Shown here: positions 17,740 to 25,555 of the stretch, one piece after another
How the letters are laid out: the number at the start of each line of letters is the position of its first letter
Position numbering within the stretch: the stretch's first letter is position 1
Origin: Spirochaetaceae bacterium
GTDB taxonomy: Bacteria; Spirochaetota; Spirochaetia; DSM-2461
NCBI GenBank assembly: GCA_003246505.1
Contig: QKAI01000268.1
Span: 1-28,129, forward strand
Reading direction: 5' to 3'
Length of the DNA: 28,129 nt
The notes under the pieces: generated by a model
The model's database searches: none
Told to the model about the DNA's origin: nothing
What the model saw: only the letters and a program-made list of their open reading frames with translations
Made by a program: the position numbers and the translations under genes

Positions 17740-18762
17740 TCAGGTGGACTCCCGGGGGGACAGGTGGGGGGCGATGCTGATCCGGGTCCTGGGCAGCTCC
17801 TCCCCGTTCCTTTTCTTCTGGATCTGATGGATCAGGCGCTGGCAGGAGAGGTGGGCCAGCTCATCCCGGGGCTGGTGAACCGAGGTCAGCCCGGGGTTGC
17901 TGTAACGGGCCAGCTCGCTGTCGTCGTATCCCGCCACGGCGATGTCCCCGGGAATGGCGACCCCCCTGTCCTCCAGGGCCCGCATGGCCCCCAGGGCCAT
18001 GAGATCGTTGCAGCCGAAGAGGGAGTCATACCGGCCGATGCCGTCCCCCAGGCCGGACAGGGCCTCCTTGGCCGATTCGAAGGTGGAGTCGCTGTAGAGC
18101 CGTTCCACCCTGACCCCCGCATCGTCCATCACTTCGCAGAAGCCCTTCTCCCTCAGGCGGAATTCAAGGTGCTCCTGGGTCTTCGCCAGCAGGAGGGGAT
18201 TCCTCCGCCCCTTCTGCAGGAAATGGGAGGCCACCTGCCTTCCCCCCTCCCTGTGGTCGGTGAAGATCACCTCCTGGTTTTTCGTGGCCTCGTCCGGGGG
18301 GTAGTGGAGGAAGACGGAGGGGACCCCATGGAGATTGAGGTACTCGATGCTCTCCTTCTTCAGATGCTCGATGAGAATGAGAAACCCGTCCACCTTGTTG
18401 CGGGATACGAGGCGGATGATGTTGTTGCCCCGGTCTTCCTGATAGGTCTGGTGGGTGATGATGAGGTCCAGATCGGCCTCTTCCAGGGTCTTGCGCAGGC
18501 TGTTGAGGAGCATGCCGTGGTAGACGTTGACGCTGACCATATGGTAGTTCTCCGGCAGGACGATGGCCACCGTACCCACCTGGCTGGTGATCATGCTCCG
18601 GGCGCCCGCATTGAATTCAAAACCCAGGTCACCGGCAATGCGGTTGATTCTCTCCCTCGTCTTGTAAGCCACCAGGGGACTGTTGTTCAGACTCCTTGAT
18701 ACGGTGGCGAAACTGACTCCGGCGATTTCCGCAATGTCCTTAATGGTGACCTGGCTGCCCAT
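17740..18762 (-). CDS. LacI-family repressor, last gene of the importer-iolG operon
   Basis: VTIKDIAEIAGVSFATVSRSLN; hinge region FNAGARSM; IAVAGYDDS...LTSVHQP. Confidence 0.93.
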   Translation of the reverse strand: MGSQVTIKDIAEIAGVSFATVSRSLNNSPLVAYKTRERINRIAGDLGFEFNAGARSMITSQVGTVAIVLPENYHMVSVNVYHGMLLNSLRKTLEEADLDLIITHQTYQEDRGNNIIRLVSRNKVDGFLILIEHLKKESIEYLNLHGVPSVFLHYPPDEATKNQEVIFTDHREGGRQVASHFLQKGRRNPLLLAKTQEHLEFRLREKGFCEVMDDAGVRVERLYSDSTFESAKEALSGLGDGIGRYDSLFGCNDLMALGAMRALEDRGVAIPGDIAVAGYDDSELARYSNPGLTSVHQPRDELAHLSCQRLIHQIQKKRNGEELPRTRISIAPHLSPREST

Positions 18763-18771
18763 CTCTCTCTG

Positions 18772-19785
18772 TCAAAACCTTAACTGTTTGTTTAATTCGA
18801 AGGATTCCTTGCACTTGTAGGCGATCTCCGAAACCCGGGTTCCGTCGTAGACCGTGACCCCGGGCTGCCGTCCTTCCAGGATACAATACACAAATTCCTG
18901 AATCTCGTTAATATAGGAGGAACCGAATCTCTCCAGAAAGTTCTCGCTGCACTCCCGGCGGACGCCCCCGTTGTCCAGGATCTCCACCAGATTCTTCTGG
19001 GGGACCGAGGCGATGCGCAGGATGCCCTTCGTCCCGATGATCTCCGTCTCCACGTTGTATCCGTGGGGGGCGGTCCTCCCCGCGAAGAGGAAGACCATGG
19101 CGTCGTTTCCGAACTGCATGAGGCAGGAGACGTTGTCCCCGTCCTTGTACTGTCCGAATTCGGGATGGGCGTAGCATCCGCCCAGGGCGGTGACGGAGAC
19201 GGGCTCCGAGTTCAGGAACCAGCGGGCCAGATCGATGTCGTGGACCGCCATGTCCAGGAACTGCCCCCCCGAATGGCCGGCGAAGGCGATGGCCCCGTCT
19301 ATGAACTTCTCCGGGTCCTGGCTGTAGGAACGGAAGAGAACGGGCTTCCCGATCTCCCCGGCCATCACCTTTTTATGGGCGTACATGTAGGATTCGTCGA
19401 ACCGGCGCATGAACCCCAGCATGAAGACCCTGTCCCCGTGGGCTTCCACCGCCTTCTCCGCCTCCTTGCACTCCTCCACGGTCACCCCCAGGGGCTTCTC
19501 GGAAAAGACGTGCTTTCCCGCGGCCAGGGCGGCGGCGATCTGCTTCGTGTGCAGGCCGGAGGGGGAGGCGAGGCAGACCGCGTCCAGCTCCTCCAGGGCG
19601 ATCATCTCTTCGAAGCTGGAGAACCGGTGCTTCACCCCCAGCCTGTCCGCGGTTCTGTTGAGCAGATCCCCGTTCAGGTCGCAGAGGGCGGTCAGCTCGG
19701 CATGCATGATCTTGGTGGCGATATTCTCCGCATGGGCCAGGCCCAGCCGGCCCAGTCCCACCGATCCGATCCTGATCGTTCTCAT
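18772..19785 (-). CDS. iolG: Inositol 2-dehydrogenase (Gfo/Idh/MocA family)
   Basis: GLGRLG Rossmann motif; GKHVFSEKP; GFMRRFD; DMAVHDID. True start MRTIRIG at 19785; the ORF-track extension to 20427 is an off-frame reading of the permease gene. Isomer specificity (myo/scyllo/chiro) cannot be read from sequence. Confidence 0.8.
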   Translation of the reverse strand: MRTIRIGSVGLGRLGLAHAENIATKIMHAELTALCDLNGDLLNRTADRLGVKHRFSSFEEMIALEELDAVCLASPSGLHTKQIAAALAAGKHVFSEKPLGVTVEECKEAEKAVEAHGDRVFMLGFMRRFDESYMYAHKKVMAGEIGKPVLFRSYSQDPEKFIDGAIAFAGHSGGQFLDMAVHDIDLARWFLNSEPVSVTALGGCYAHPEFGQYKDGDNVSCLMQFGNDAMVFLFAGRTAPHGYNVETEIIGTKGILRIASVPQKNLVEILDNGGVRRECSENFLERFGSSYINEIQEFVYCILEGRQPGVTVYDGTRVSEIAYKCKESFELNKQLRF

Positions 19786-19790
19786 GGCGA

Positions 19791-20810
19791 TTAACCCTTC
19801 TTGGCGTTCTTGCGCATATCGATGATAACGGCTACCACGATGATCACACCTTCGGTGACCTGCTGCCAGTAGGCGTCGACTCCCAGAAGGGTCAGGCCGT
19901 TTCTCATGACCGAGAGAACCAGGGCCCCCACGAAGGCGCCCCAGATGGTTCCGATTCCCCCGGAATGGCTGGTACCGCCGATGGTGGTGGCGGCGATGGC
20001 GGTCAGCTCGTAACCGGTGGCGGCGCCGGGATGGACCGATCCTACCCGTCCGGCGAAAACGATGGCCGCCAGACCGGCGAGGAGCCCCGAGTAGGCGTAG
20101 ATGGCGATGAGGTTCCGGCCCACGTTGACCCCGGACACCTCCGCCGCCTTGATGTTGCCCCCGATGGCGTAGACGCTCTTGCCGAAGCGGGTCATGTCCA
20201 GGAGGACGTAGCTGACGCCGATCATGAGAAAGTAGATCAGAACGGGGATGGGGAGCCAGCCGAAGAGCTTGCCCCCCAGGACGGTCAGGGAGTCGGTGAG
20301 GGTGCTCACGGGCTTGCCGTCCGAGTAGATCAGGGCCATGCCCCGGGCCACGGTCATCATGCCCAGGGTGGCGATGAAGGCGGGGATGTTGGTTTTGGCT
20401 ATCAGGGCTCCTGAGATACCCCCGCACAGGGCGCCCACGGCCAGGGCGGCCAGGATGGGGACGATGACCGGCATGACGGGCAGGTTGGGAAAGAATTTGC
20501 CCGTGGCGTCGGCGGTCTGGGCCAGGGACGCGGCGATGACGCCGGAGAGGGCCAGAACGGAGCCGACGGAGAGGTCGATTCCCTTGGAAATGATAACGAA
20601 GGTGAGTCCCAGGGCCATGATTCCGAAAATGGAGGTCTGGGTCAGGACGTTAAAAAGGTTGGAGCGGCTCAAAAAGGCCGGCTCCAGAATGCTGATGCCT
20701 ATGATCATGATGAACAGAACGAAGACGATACCGTACTTCTGCAGGATCTGCTGGGTCTTCTGGCTCCGCTCTTTTTTGCCGGGCTGGGCTTTTTCCGCAA
20801 TGGTTGACAT
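19791..20810 (-). CDS. CUT2 ABC transporter permease (RbsC-like), probably for inositol
   Basis: GIDLSVGS; IPAFIATLGMM; RFGKSVYAIGGN..AA.VSG; YELTAIAA..IGGTS..GG.G. Confidence 0.92.
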   Translation of the reverse strand: MSTIAEKAQPGKKERSQKTQQILQKYGIVFVLFIMIIGISILEPAFLSRSNLFNVLTQTSIFGIMALGLTFVIISKGIDLSVGSVLALSGVIAASLAQTADATGKFFPNLPVMPVIVPILAALAVGALCGGISGALIAKTNIPAFIATLGMMTVARGMALIYSDGKPVSTLTDSLTVLGGKLFGWLPIPVLIYFLMIGVSYVLLDMTRFGKSVYAIGGNIKAAEVSGVNVGRNLIAIYAYSGLLAGLAAIVFAGRVGSVHPGAATGYELTAIAATTIGGTSHSGGIGTIWGAFVGALVLSVMRNGLTLLGVDAYWQQVTEGVIIVVAVIIDMRKNAKKG

Positions 20811-20814
20811 TGTT

Positions 20815-22329
20815 TTACTCCTCTCCTACAGCTTTACCCGTGGCGTAGGACATTAATTGTTCTTGGGTAAGATCGGGCGTATTGTCCACGACGGCCGTGA
20901 CACGGCCCTCGTGCATGACCATTATCCGGTCACTCATGCCCATGACTTCCGGCAGTTCCGAGGAAATCATGACGATCGATTTCCCCTCCCCGGCCAGACG
21001 GGTGATCAGCCTGTGAATCTCCGACTTCGCCCCCACGTCGATGCCCCTCGTCGGCTCATCGAGAAAGAGAATGTCCGGATTGGTCATAAGCCACCGGGCG
21101 ACCAGAACCTTCTGCTGGTTTCCTCCGGAGAGGTTCTGCACCTTCTGCATCAGGCTGGGGGTCTTCACCTGAATCTTCTTGACGTAATCGTCGCACTCGC
21201 TCTTAAGCGATTTGTAACGGATCAGGCCCACCCTGTTCAGGTATTTGGGGATATTGGTGATAGCCATGTTCAACCGCACCGAGAGCATGGGGAAGATTCC
21301 CGACATGCGCCGGTCCTCGGTGAGCAGAGCCATATGCCTGGCGATGGCGTCCCGGGGGGAGTTGATGGTCACCTCCTCCCCGTCGATGAGAATCTGGCCG
21401 GAAACCTTGGACCGGATGCCGAAGATCGTCTCTATGACCTCCGTCCTACCCGAACCGATAAGGCCGGCCACTCCCAGGATTTCGCCCCTTCTCACGTTAA
21501 AGGAAACGTCCCTGAAGAGCCGCTGGTGGGTCAGGTTGCGGACTTCCAGTTTCACTTCCCCTATCTCGCAGGGGACCTTGGGGAACATCTCGTCCACGTT
21601 GCGGCCCACCATCATGTTGATGAGCCTGTCCACGATGAGCTTGTCCGTGTCCTCCACGCCGATATAGGTCCCGTCCCGGTAGACGGTGATCCTGTCGGTA
21701 ATCTCATAAACCTCATCCAGCTTATGGGAGATGTATATGATGCTCTTGCCCTGCGCCTTGAGCTTGCGCATGATGGTGAAGAGCTGCTTGACTTCCTTAT
21801 CTGTCAGTGCCGATGTGGGCTCGTCCATGATGATCAGTTTGGAATCGTAGGAGATGGCCTTGGCGATCTCGATCATCTGCATCTTGGCTACGGTCAGCTG
21901 AGCCATCTCTGTCCGGGGATCCTCATCCAGATCGATCTCCTTCAGGACTTCGATGCTCATATCATACATTTTTTTATGGTCCACGAGACCGAACTTGTTC
22001 AAAGGCTCTCTTCCGAGCCAGATATTTTCCATGATAGGTCTGTGAAGTATGGGGCTCAATTCCTGATGTATCATGGAAATGCCCATATGAAGAGCCTGGG
22101 ACGTATCGTAATTCTCCCGAACCTCGCCATCGTACATTATGGTTCCCGATGTGGGACTGTGTACGCCGGCCAGACAGTTCATAAGAGTCGATTTGCCCGC
22201 TCCGTTTTCTCCCATAAGCGCATGGATCTCTCCCTGTTTCACCTTAAGTTCAACACCTTTGAGAGCCTTGACACCGGGGAAGTTCTTTACAATATCCTGC
22301 ATCTGCAGGAGATAGTTTTCCTCAGCCAT
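20815..22329 (-). CDS. CUT2 ABC transporter ATP-binding protein with two NBDs (RbsA/MglA-like)
   Basis: GENGAGKST; IIMDEPT; LSGGNQQK; LFLDEPTRGIDVGAK. Start MAEENYLL at 22329 behind GGAGA; the extension to 22389 crosses hairpins. Confidence 0.94.
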   Translation of the reverse strand: MAEENYLLQMQDIVKNFPGVKALKGVELKVKQGEIHALMGENGAGKSTLMNCLAGVHSPTSGTIMYDGEVRENYDTSQALHMGISMIHQELSPILHRPIMENIWLGREPLNKFGLVDHKKMYDMSIEVLKEIDLDEDPRTEMAQLTVAKMQMIEIAKAISYDSKLIIMDEPTSALTDKEVKQLFTIMRKLKAQGKSIIYISHKLDEVYEITDRITVYRDGTYIGVEDTDKLIVDRLINMMVGRNVDEMFPKVPCEIGEVKLEVRNLTHQRLFRDVSFNVRRGEILGVAGLIGSGRTEVIETIFGIRSKVSGQILIDGEEVTINSPRDAIARHMALLTEDRRMSGIFPMLSVRLNMAITNIPKYLNRVGLIRYKSLKSECDDYVKKIQVKTPSLMQKVQNLSGGNQQKVLVARWLMTNPDILFLDEPTRGIDVGAKSEIHRLITRLAGEGKSIVMISSELPEVMGMSDRIMVMHEGRVTAVVDNTPDLTQEQLMSYATGKAVGEE

Positions 22330-22342
22330 GTTTTCTCCGATA

Positions 22343-22430
22343 ACCGGAGCGGGAGAATTCCCGCTCCGGTGGGTAACGCGGATTCCCATCTATCCTATGG
22401 TTCCCCGGAGGGAACCCCTATGGGGAATCC
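22343..22430 (-). other. Two stem-loops between the SBP and ATPase genes
   Basis: Perfect 12-bp stem ACCGGAGCGGGA/TCCCGCTCCGGT (22343-22370). Nested hairpin 22380-22430 with outer GGATTCCC/GGGAATCC and inner GGTTCCC/GGGAACC arms, giving a C(UCCG)G loop on the mRNA strand. Confidence 0.7.
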
Positions 22431-22438
22431 TTTGATTT

Positions 22439-23389
22439 CTACTGGTAATCGGCCAGATTTTCCGGGGTAATGAGAACGAAGGGGATCCATACGAGGGAAA
22501 CGACCTGCTCGCCCTTGAGAACCTTGTGGATCAGCTCTGCGGAACCCTTGCCCTGACCTACGGCGTCCTGAAGGACCGTAGCCGCCAGAGAGCCGTTTCC
22601 TACGGCGACCTTAGCATCGGGGATGGCGTCAACGCCCATGACGGGGATGTCGGTCCGGCCGGCGGCCTTGAGGGCTTCCACGGCACCCAGGGCCATTTCG
22701 TCGTTATTGGCGCAGATACCCTTAAGGTCGGAGCCGTATGCGGTGAGCCAGTTCTCCGTAATGGTCATGCCCTGGTCTCTCTGCCAGTTGCCGGTTTCCT
22801 TGGCAAGGATCTTGATGCCGGGGAACTTGGCCTTGGCGGTAACTTCGTTACCCTCGGTTCTCTTCAGGGCGCCTTCGTTGTCGAGCTTGCCCATGAGGAT
22901 GGCCACGCCGCCCTTACCGTCAAGAAGCTTGCCCATGTACTCCATCTGCTGGGTACCGGCAATGATCTCCTGGGAACCGACGTAATAGACGTTGGCGGGG
23001 AGTTCCTTCTCCGCATAGGGGTTTCTGTTGACGAAACAGAGGGGAACGTTGGATTCGGCGGCAGCCTTAACAATGGGACCCATGGCGCTCGTGTCAACGG
23101 GAACCACGATAAGGGCATCAATTTTCTGGGCGAGAAGGGTGTTGACCAGATCCTGCTGGCGGATAACGTCCTCCTGCGCGTCCTGAAGAACCAGTTCTAC
23201 ATTGGCGACGCCGGCAAAATACTCCTTGGCCGCATCCATAACGTAGGTCTGAAAGGTGTCGTTAAAGTTGTTACATACGTAACCAACTTTGAAACTGTCC
23301 TTGGCCCCTCCCTTATCCGCCGATCCGTTGGCAAAAGCCACGGTAACGGCCAGAAGGGCCAGCAGTGTTACGAACAATACCTTTTTCAT
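22439..23389 (-). CDS. CUT2 sugar-binding protein (RbsB-like), probably inositol-binding
   Basis: GGAGGT RBS, then MKKVLFVTLLALLAVTVAFANG; DAQED..RQ; IDALIVVPVD; YVGS; NNDEMALGA; GVDA; ATVLQD. Confidence 0.9.
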   Translation of the reverse strand: MKKVLFVTLLALLAVTVAFANGSADKGGAKDSFKVGYVCNNFNDTFQTYVMDAAKEYFAGVANVELVLQDAQEDVIRQQDLVNTLLAQKIDALIVVPVDTSAMGPIVKAAAESNVPLCFVNRNPYAEKELPANVYYVGSQEIIAGTQQMEYMGKLLDGKGGVAILMGKLDNEGALKRTEGNEVTAKAKFPGIKILAKETGNWQRDQGMTITENWLTAYGSDLKGICANNDEMALGAVEALKAAGRTDIPVMGVDAIPDAKVAVGNGSLAATVLQDAVGQGKGSAELIHKVLKGEQVVSLVWIPFVLITPENLADYQ

Positions 23390-23419
23390 AAAATACCTCC
23401 ATAGATTTCGCTTGCATAA

Positions 23420-23435
23420 TTGCAAACGTTTACAA
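23420..23435. promoter_or_regulatory. LacI-type operator TTGCAAACGTTTACAA (proximal)
   Basis: 16-bp near-perfect palindrome with a central CG, at the predicted transcription start. Confidence 0.8.
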
Positions 23436-23442
23436 TAGTGTT

Positions 23443-23472
23443 ATTATCCTCCCTGTTTCCGGAATCTGTCAA
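23443..23472 (-). promoter_or_regulatory. Promoter TTGACA-N18-GATAAT of the importer-iolG-lacI operon
   Basis: -35 at 23472-23467, -10 at 23448-23443. Confidence 0.65.
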
Positions 23473-23540
23473 CAAAAAACTAAATAAAATTAAGTAAGAT
23501 CATTTAAAGTATTATATAATAAACAAATATAGCTAGTCAG

Positions 23541-23553
23541 ATTGTCTGATAAA
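23541..23553. promoter_or_regulatory. FadR-type operator ATTGTCTGATAAA
   Basis: The 12-bp core is identical to the iolB and transaldolase copies; it is adjacent to a possible second promoter (CTGACT-N18-TATAAT, 23540-23511). Confidence 0.7.
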
Positions 23554-23620
23554 AGAATGTCGGATTGTAAGATTTTTTTTAAAAAATAGGTAACGAAATA
23601 TCGATAAAAAAAGCTCTAAA

Positions 23621-23634
23621 TACAAACGTTTACA
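23621..23634. promoter_or_regulatory. Auxiliary LacI-type operator TACAAACGTTTACA
   Basis: Shares CAAACGTTTACA with the proximal site and lies exactly 200 bp from it. Confidence 0.65.
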
Positions 23635-23740
23635 GAATTCCTCCTCCCCGGGCTGCCTAGGGAATAATAACAGGGACGGGATCATGGGCATGTCCCGCAG
23701 AACAGGGGTGAGGCGGTTGGTGTTTTGTGGTGATAAAGAG

Positions 23741-23787
23741 GGAACCGGTCCGGGTGTTGCGATTGGATAAGGTCCCGGACCGGTTCC
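23741..23787. repeat. Perfect 14-bp inverted repeat with a 19-nt loop
   Basis: GGAACCGGTCCGGG (23741-23754) / CCCGGACCGGTTCC (23774-23787). Confidence 0.75.
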
Positions 23788-23959
23788 GAAGCGATTGAAT
23801 TATATGGAAACTATTTTTACTTCTTTCTGCTGATCCAGAGGGAGGCGTCCGAAAAGACCCCGGGGGTTTTGTCCGCGGGGATGTTCTCTCTGAGGCTCCC
23901 TCTCTTCTGTCTTTCACTTTTCCGGCGCTGCCGCCGTTCTCTAGTTTTTCTCAAATTCA

Positions 23960-25555
23960 TCATAGGGGCATGTTCCCGTGTTTCTTGGAGGGCCTGTCCT
24001 CCCGCTTGTCCGCGATGATCTCCAGGGACCGGATCAGCTCCTTCCTGGCCGATTCGGGGGAGATCACGTCGTCCACGATTCCCAGGGAGGCGGAGGAGAA
24101 GGGGTTCATGAATTTCCTCTGGTACTCGTGCATCTTGATTTCCTTGATCAGGTCGTGATCCTTGGCGGACTGGATCTCATTCCTGAAGATGATGTTGGCC
24201 GCCCCGGAGGCGCCCATGACGGCGATCTCCGCGATGGGCAGGGTCAGGACCCGGTCGTAGCCCAGGGCCCGGGAGGCCATGCCGATGTAGGCGCCCCCGT
24301 AGGCCTTTCTGAGGACCAGGGCGATCTTGGGCACCGTGGCCTCCGCAATGGCGTAGAGCAGCTTGGCCCCGTGGCGTATGATGCCCCCGTACTCCTGCTC
24401 CGTCCCGGGCATGTAGCCGGGCACGTCCACCAGGGAGATCACCGGGATGGAGAAGGCGTCGCAGAAGCGGACGAACCGGGCCGCCTTGTCCGAGGAGTCC
24501 CGGTCCAGGGCCCCGGCGAAGACCATGGGCTGGTTCCCGATGATCCCCACGGAACGGCCGGCCAAGCGGGCGAAGCCCACCACCATGCTCCGGGCGAAGT
24601 CCCTGTGGACCTCCAGGAAACTCTCCCCGTCGAAGAGAAGGGCGATGATCTCCCTCACGTCGTAGGCCCGGGTGGACTCCCCGGGGATGATCCTGAGGAT
24701 CTCCCCGGTCTCCCTGTTCGGGTCGTCGGTGCACTCCAGCCGGGGAGGGGCCTCCCGGTTGGAGGAGGGCAGGTAGGAGAGCAGTCTCTTCACGAGCCGG
24801 AAGCACTCCTCCTCGCTGGCGCAGTGGAAGTGGACGTTGCCGCTTTTGCTGGCATGGGCCAGGGCCCCGCCCAGGTCCTCGTGGCTAACCTCTTCCCCGG
24901 TCACCGCCTTGATGACCTCCGGCCCGGTGATGTACATATGGCTGGTTTTGTCTATCATGAAGACGAAGTCGGTCAGGGCCGGGGAGTAGGCCGCGCCCCC
25001 CGCGCAGGGCCCCATGATCAGGCTGATCTGGGGGATGACCCCCGAGGCCAGGATGTTCTCCCGGAAAATGCTGCCGTAGCCCTCCAGGGACATGACCCCC
25101 TCCTGGATCCGGGCCCCCCCGGAATCGTTGATCTGGATGAAGGGTTTCCCCGTCTTGAGGGCCAGGCGCTGGGTGGCGGCGATCTTGGAGGCGTGCTGCT
25201 CCCCCAGGGAGCCCCCCAGGACGGTGAAGTCCTGGGAGGAGAGCCAGATCTGCCTCCCCTCGAGGAGGGCGCTGCCCGTGATGACCCCGTCCCCGGATAT
25301 CTTCTTGCTGTCCATGCCGAAGTCGTCGATGCGGCTCAGCTCGTAGGGATGGTTCTCCACGAAGCTGCCCTCGTCGGTGAGGAGCCGGATCCTTTCCCGG
25401 GCCGTATGCTTGCCCTTGGCCTTCTGCCTGGCCTGGCGGTCCTCCCCGCCCCCGGCCAGCATGGCCTTGCGCATCGTCTCAAGAAGCTTCAGGCTCTCCC
25501 TGTGGCTGTAGGGCAGTTCGGGGGACGGGTCAGTTCCCTTTTCTGACGTGCTCAT
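23960..25555 (-). CDS. Acyl-CoA carboxyltransferase subunit (PccB / (methyl)malonyl-CoA decarboxylase alpha / transcarboxylase 12S family)
   Basis: GKHTARERI; GDGVITG; QDFTVLGGSLGE; DSGGARIQEG; GPCAGGAAYSPALTDF; DVPGYMPG; RKAYGGAY; C-terminal KKHGNMPL. GAGGAG RBS lies inside the upstream gene (26-nt overlap). Confidence 0.92.
   Translation of the reverse strand: MSTSEKGTDPSPELPYSHRESLKLLETMRKAMLAGGGEDRQARQKAKGKHTARERIRLLTDEGSFVENHPYELSRIDDFGMDSKKISGDGVITGSALLEGRQIWLSSQDFTVLGGSLGEQHASKIAATQRLALKTGKPFIQINDSGGARIQEGVMSLEGYGSIFRENILASGVIPQISLIMGPCAGGAAYSPALTDFVFMIDKTSHMYITGPEVIKAVTGEEVSHEDLGGALAHASKSGNVHFHCASEEECFRLVKRLLSYLPSSNREAPPRLECTDDPNRETGEILRIIPGESTRAYDVREIIALLFDGESFLEVHRDFARSMVVGFARLAGRSVGIIGNQPMVFAGALDRDSSDKAARFVRFCDAFSIPVISLVDVPGYMPGTEQEYGGIIRHGAKLLYAIAEATVPKIALVLRKAYGGAYIGMASRALGYDRVLTLPIAEIAVMGASGAANIIFRNEIQSAKDHDLIKEIKMHEYQRKFMNPFSSASLGIVDDVISPESARKELIRSLEIIADKREDRPSKKHGNMPL

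Noticed and set aside
19786-20427. N-terminal extension of the iolG ORF to 551 aa (apparent fusion)
   Set aside because: It is an alternative frame of the permease gene; the real start at 19785 has its own RBS.
21960-22329. Lower GC (roughly 45-50%) at the 5' end of the ATPase gene as a recombination patch
   Set aside because: No breakpoints or repeats are visible, the protein is uninterrupted, and 5' AT enrichment is common.
23657-23917. 86-aa minus-strand ORF in the spacer
   Set aside because: Pro/Ser/Arg-rich, runs through inverted repeats, and has no biotinyl (MKM) or other motif; probably not coding.
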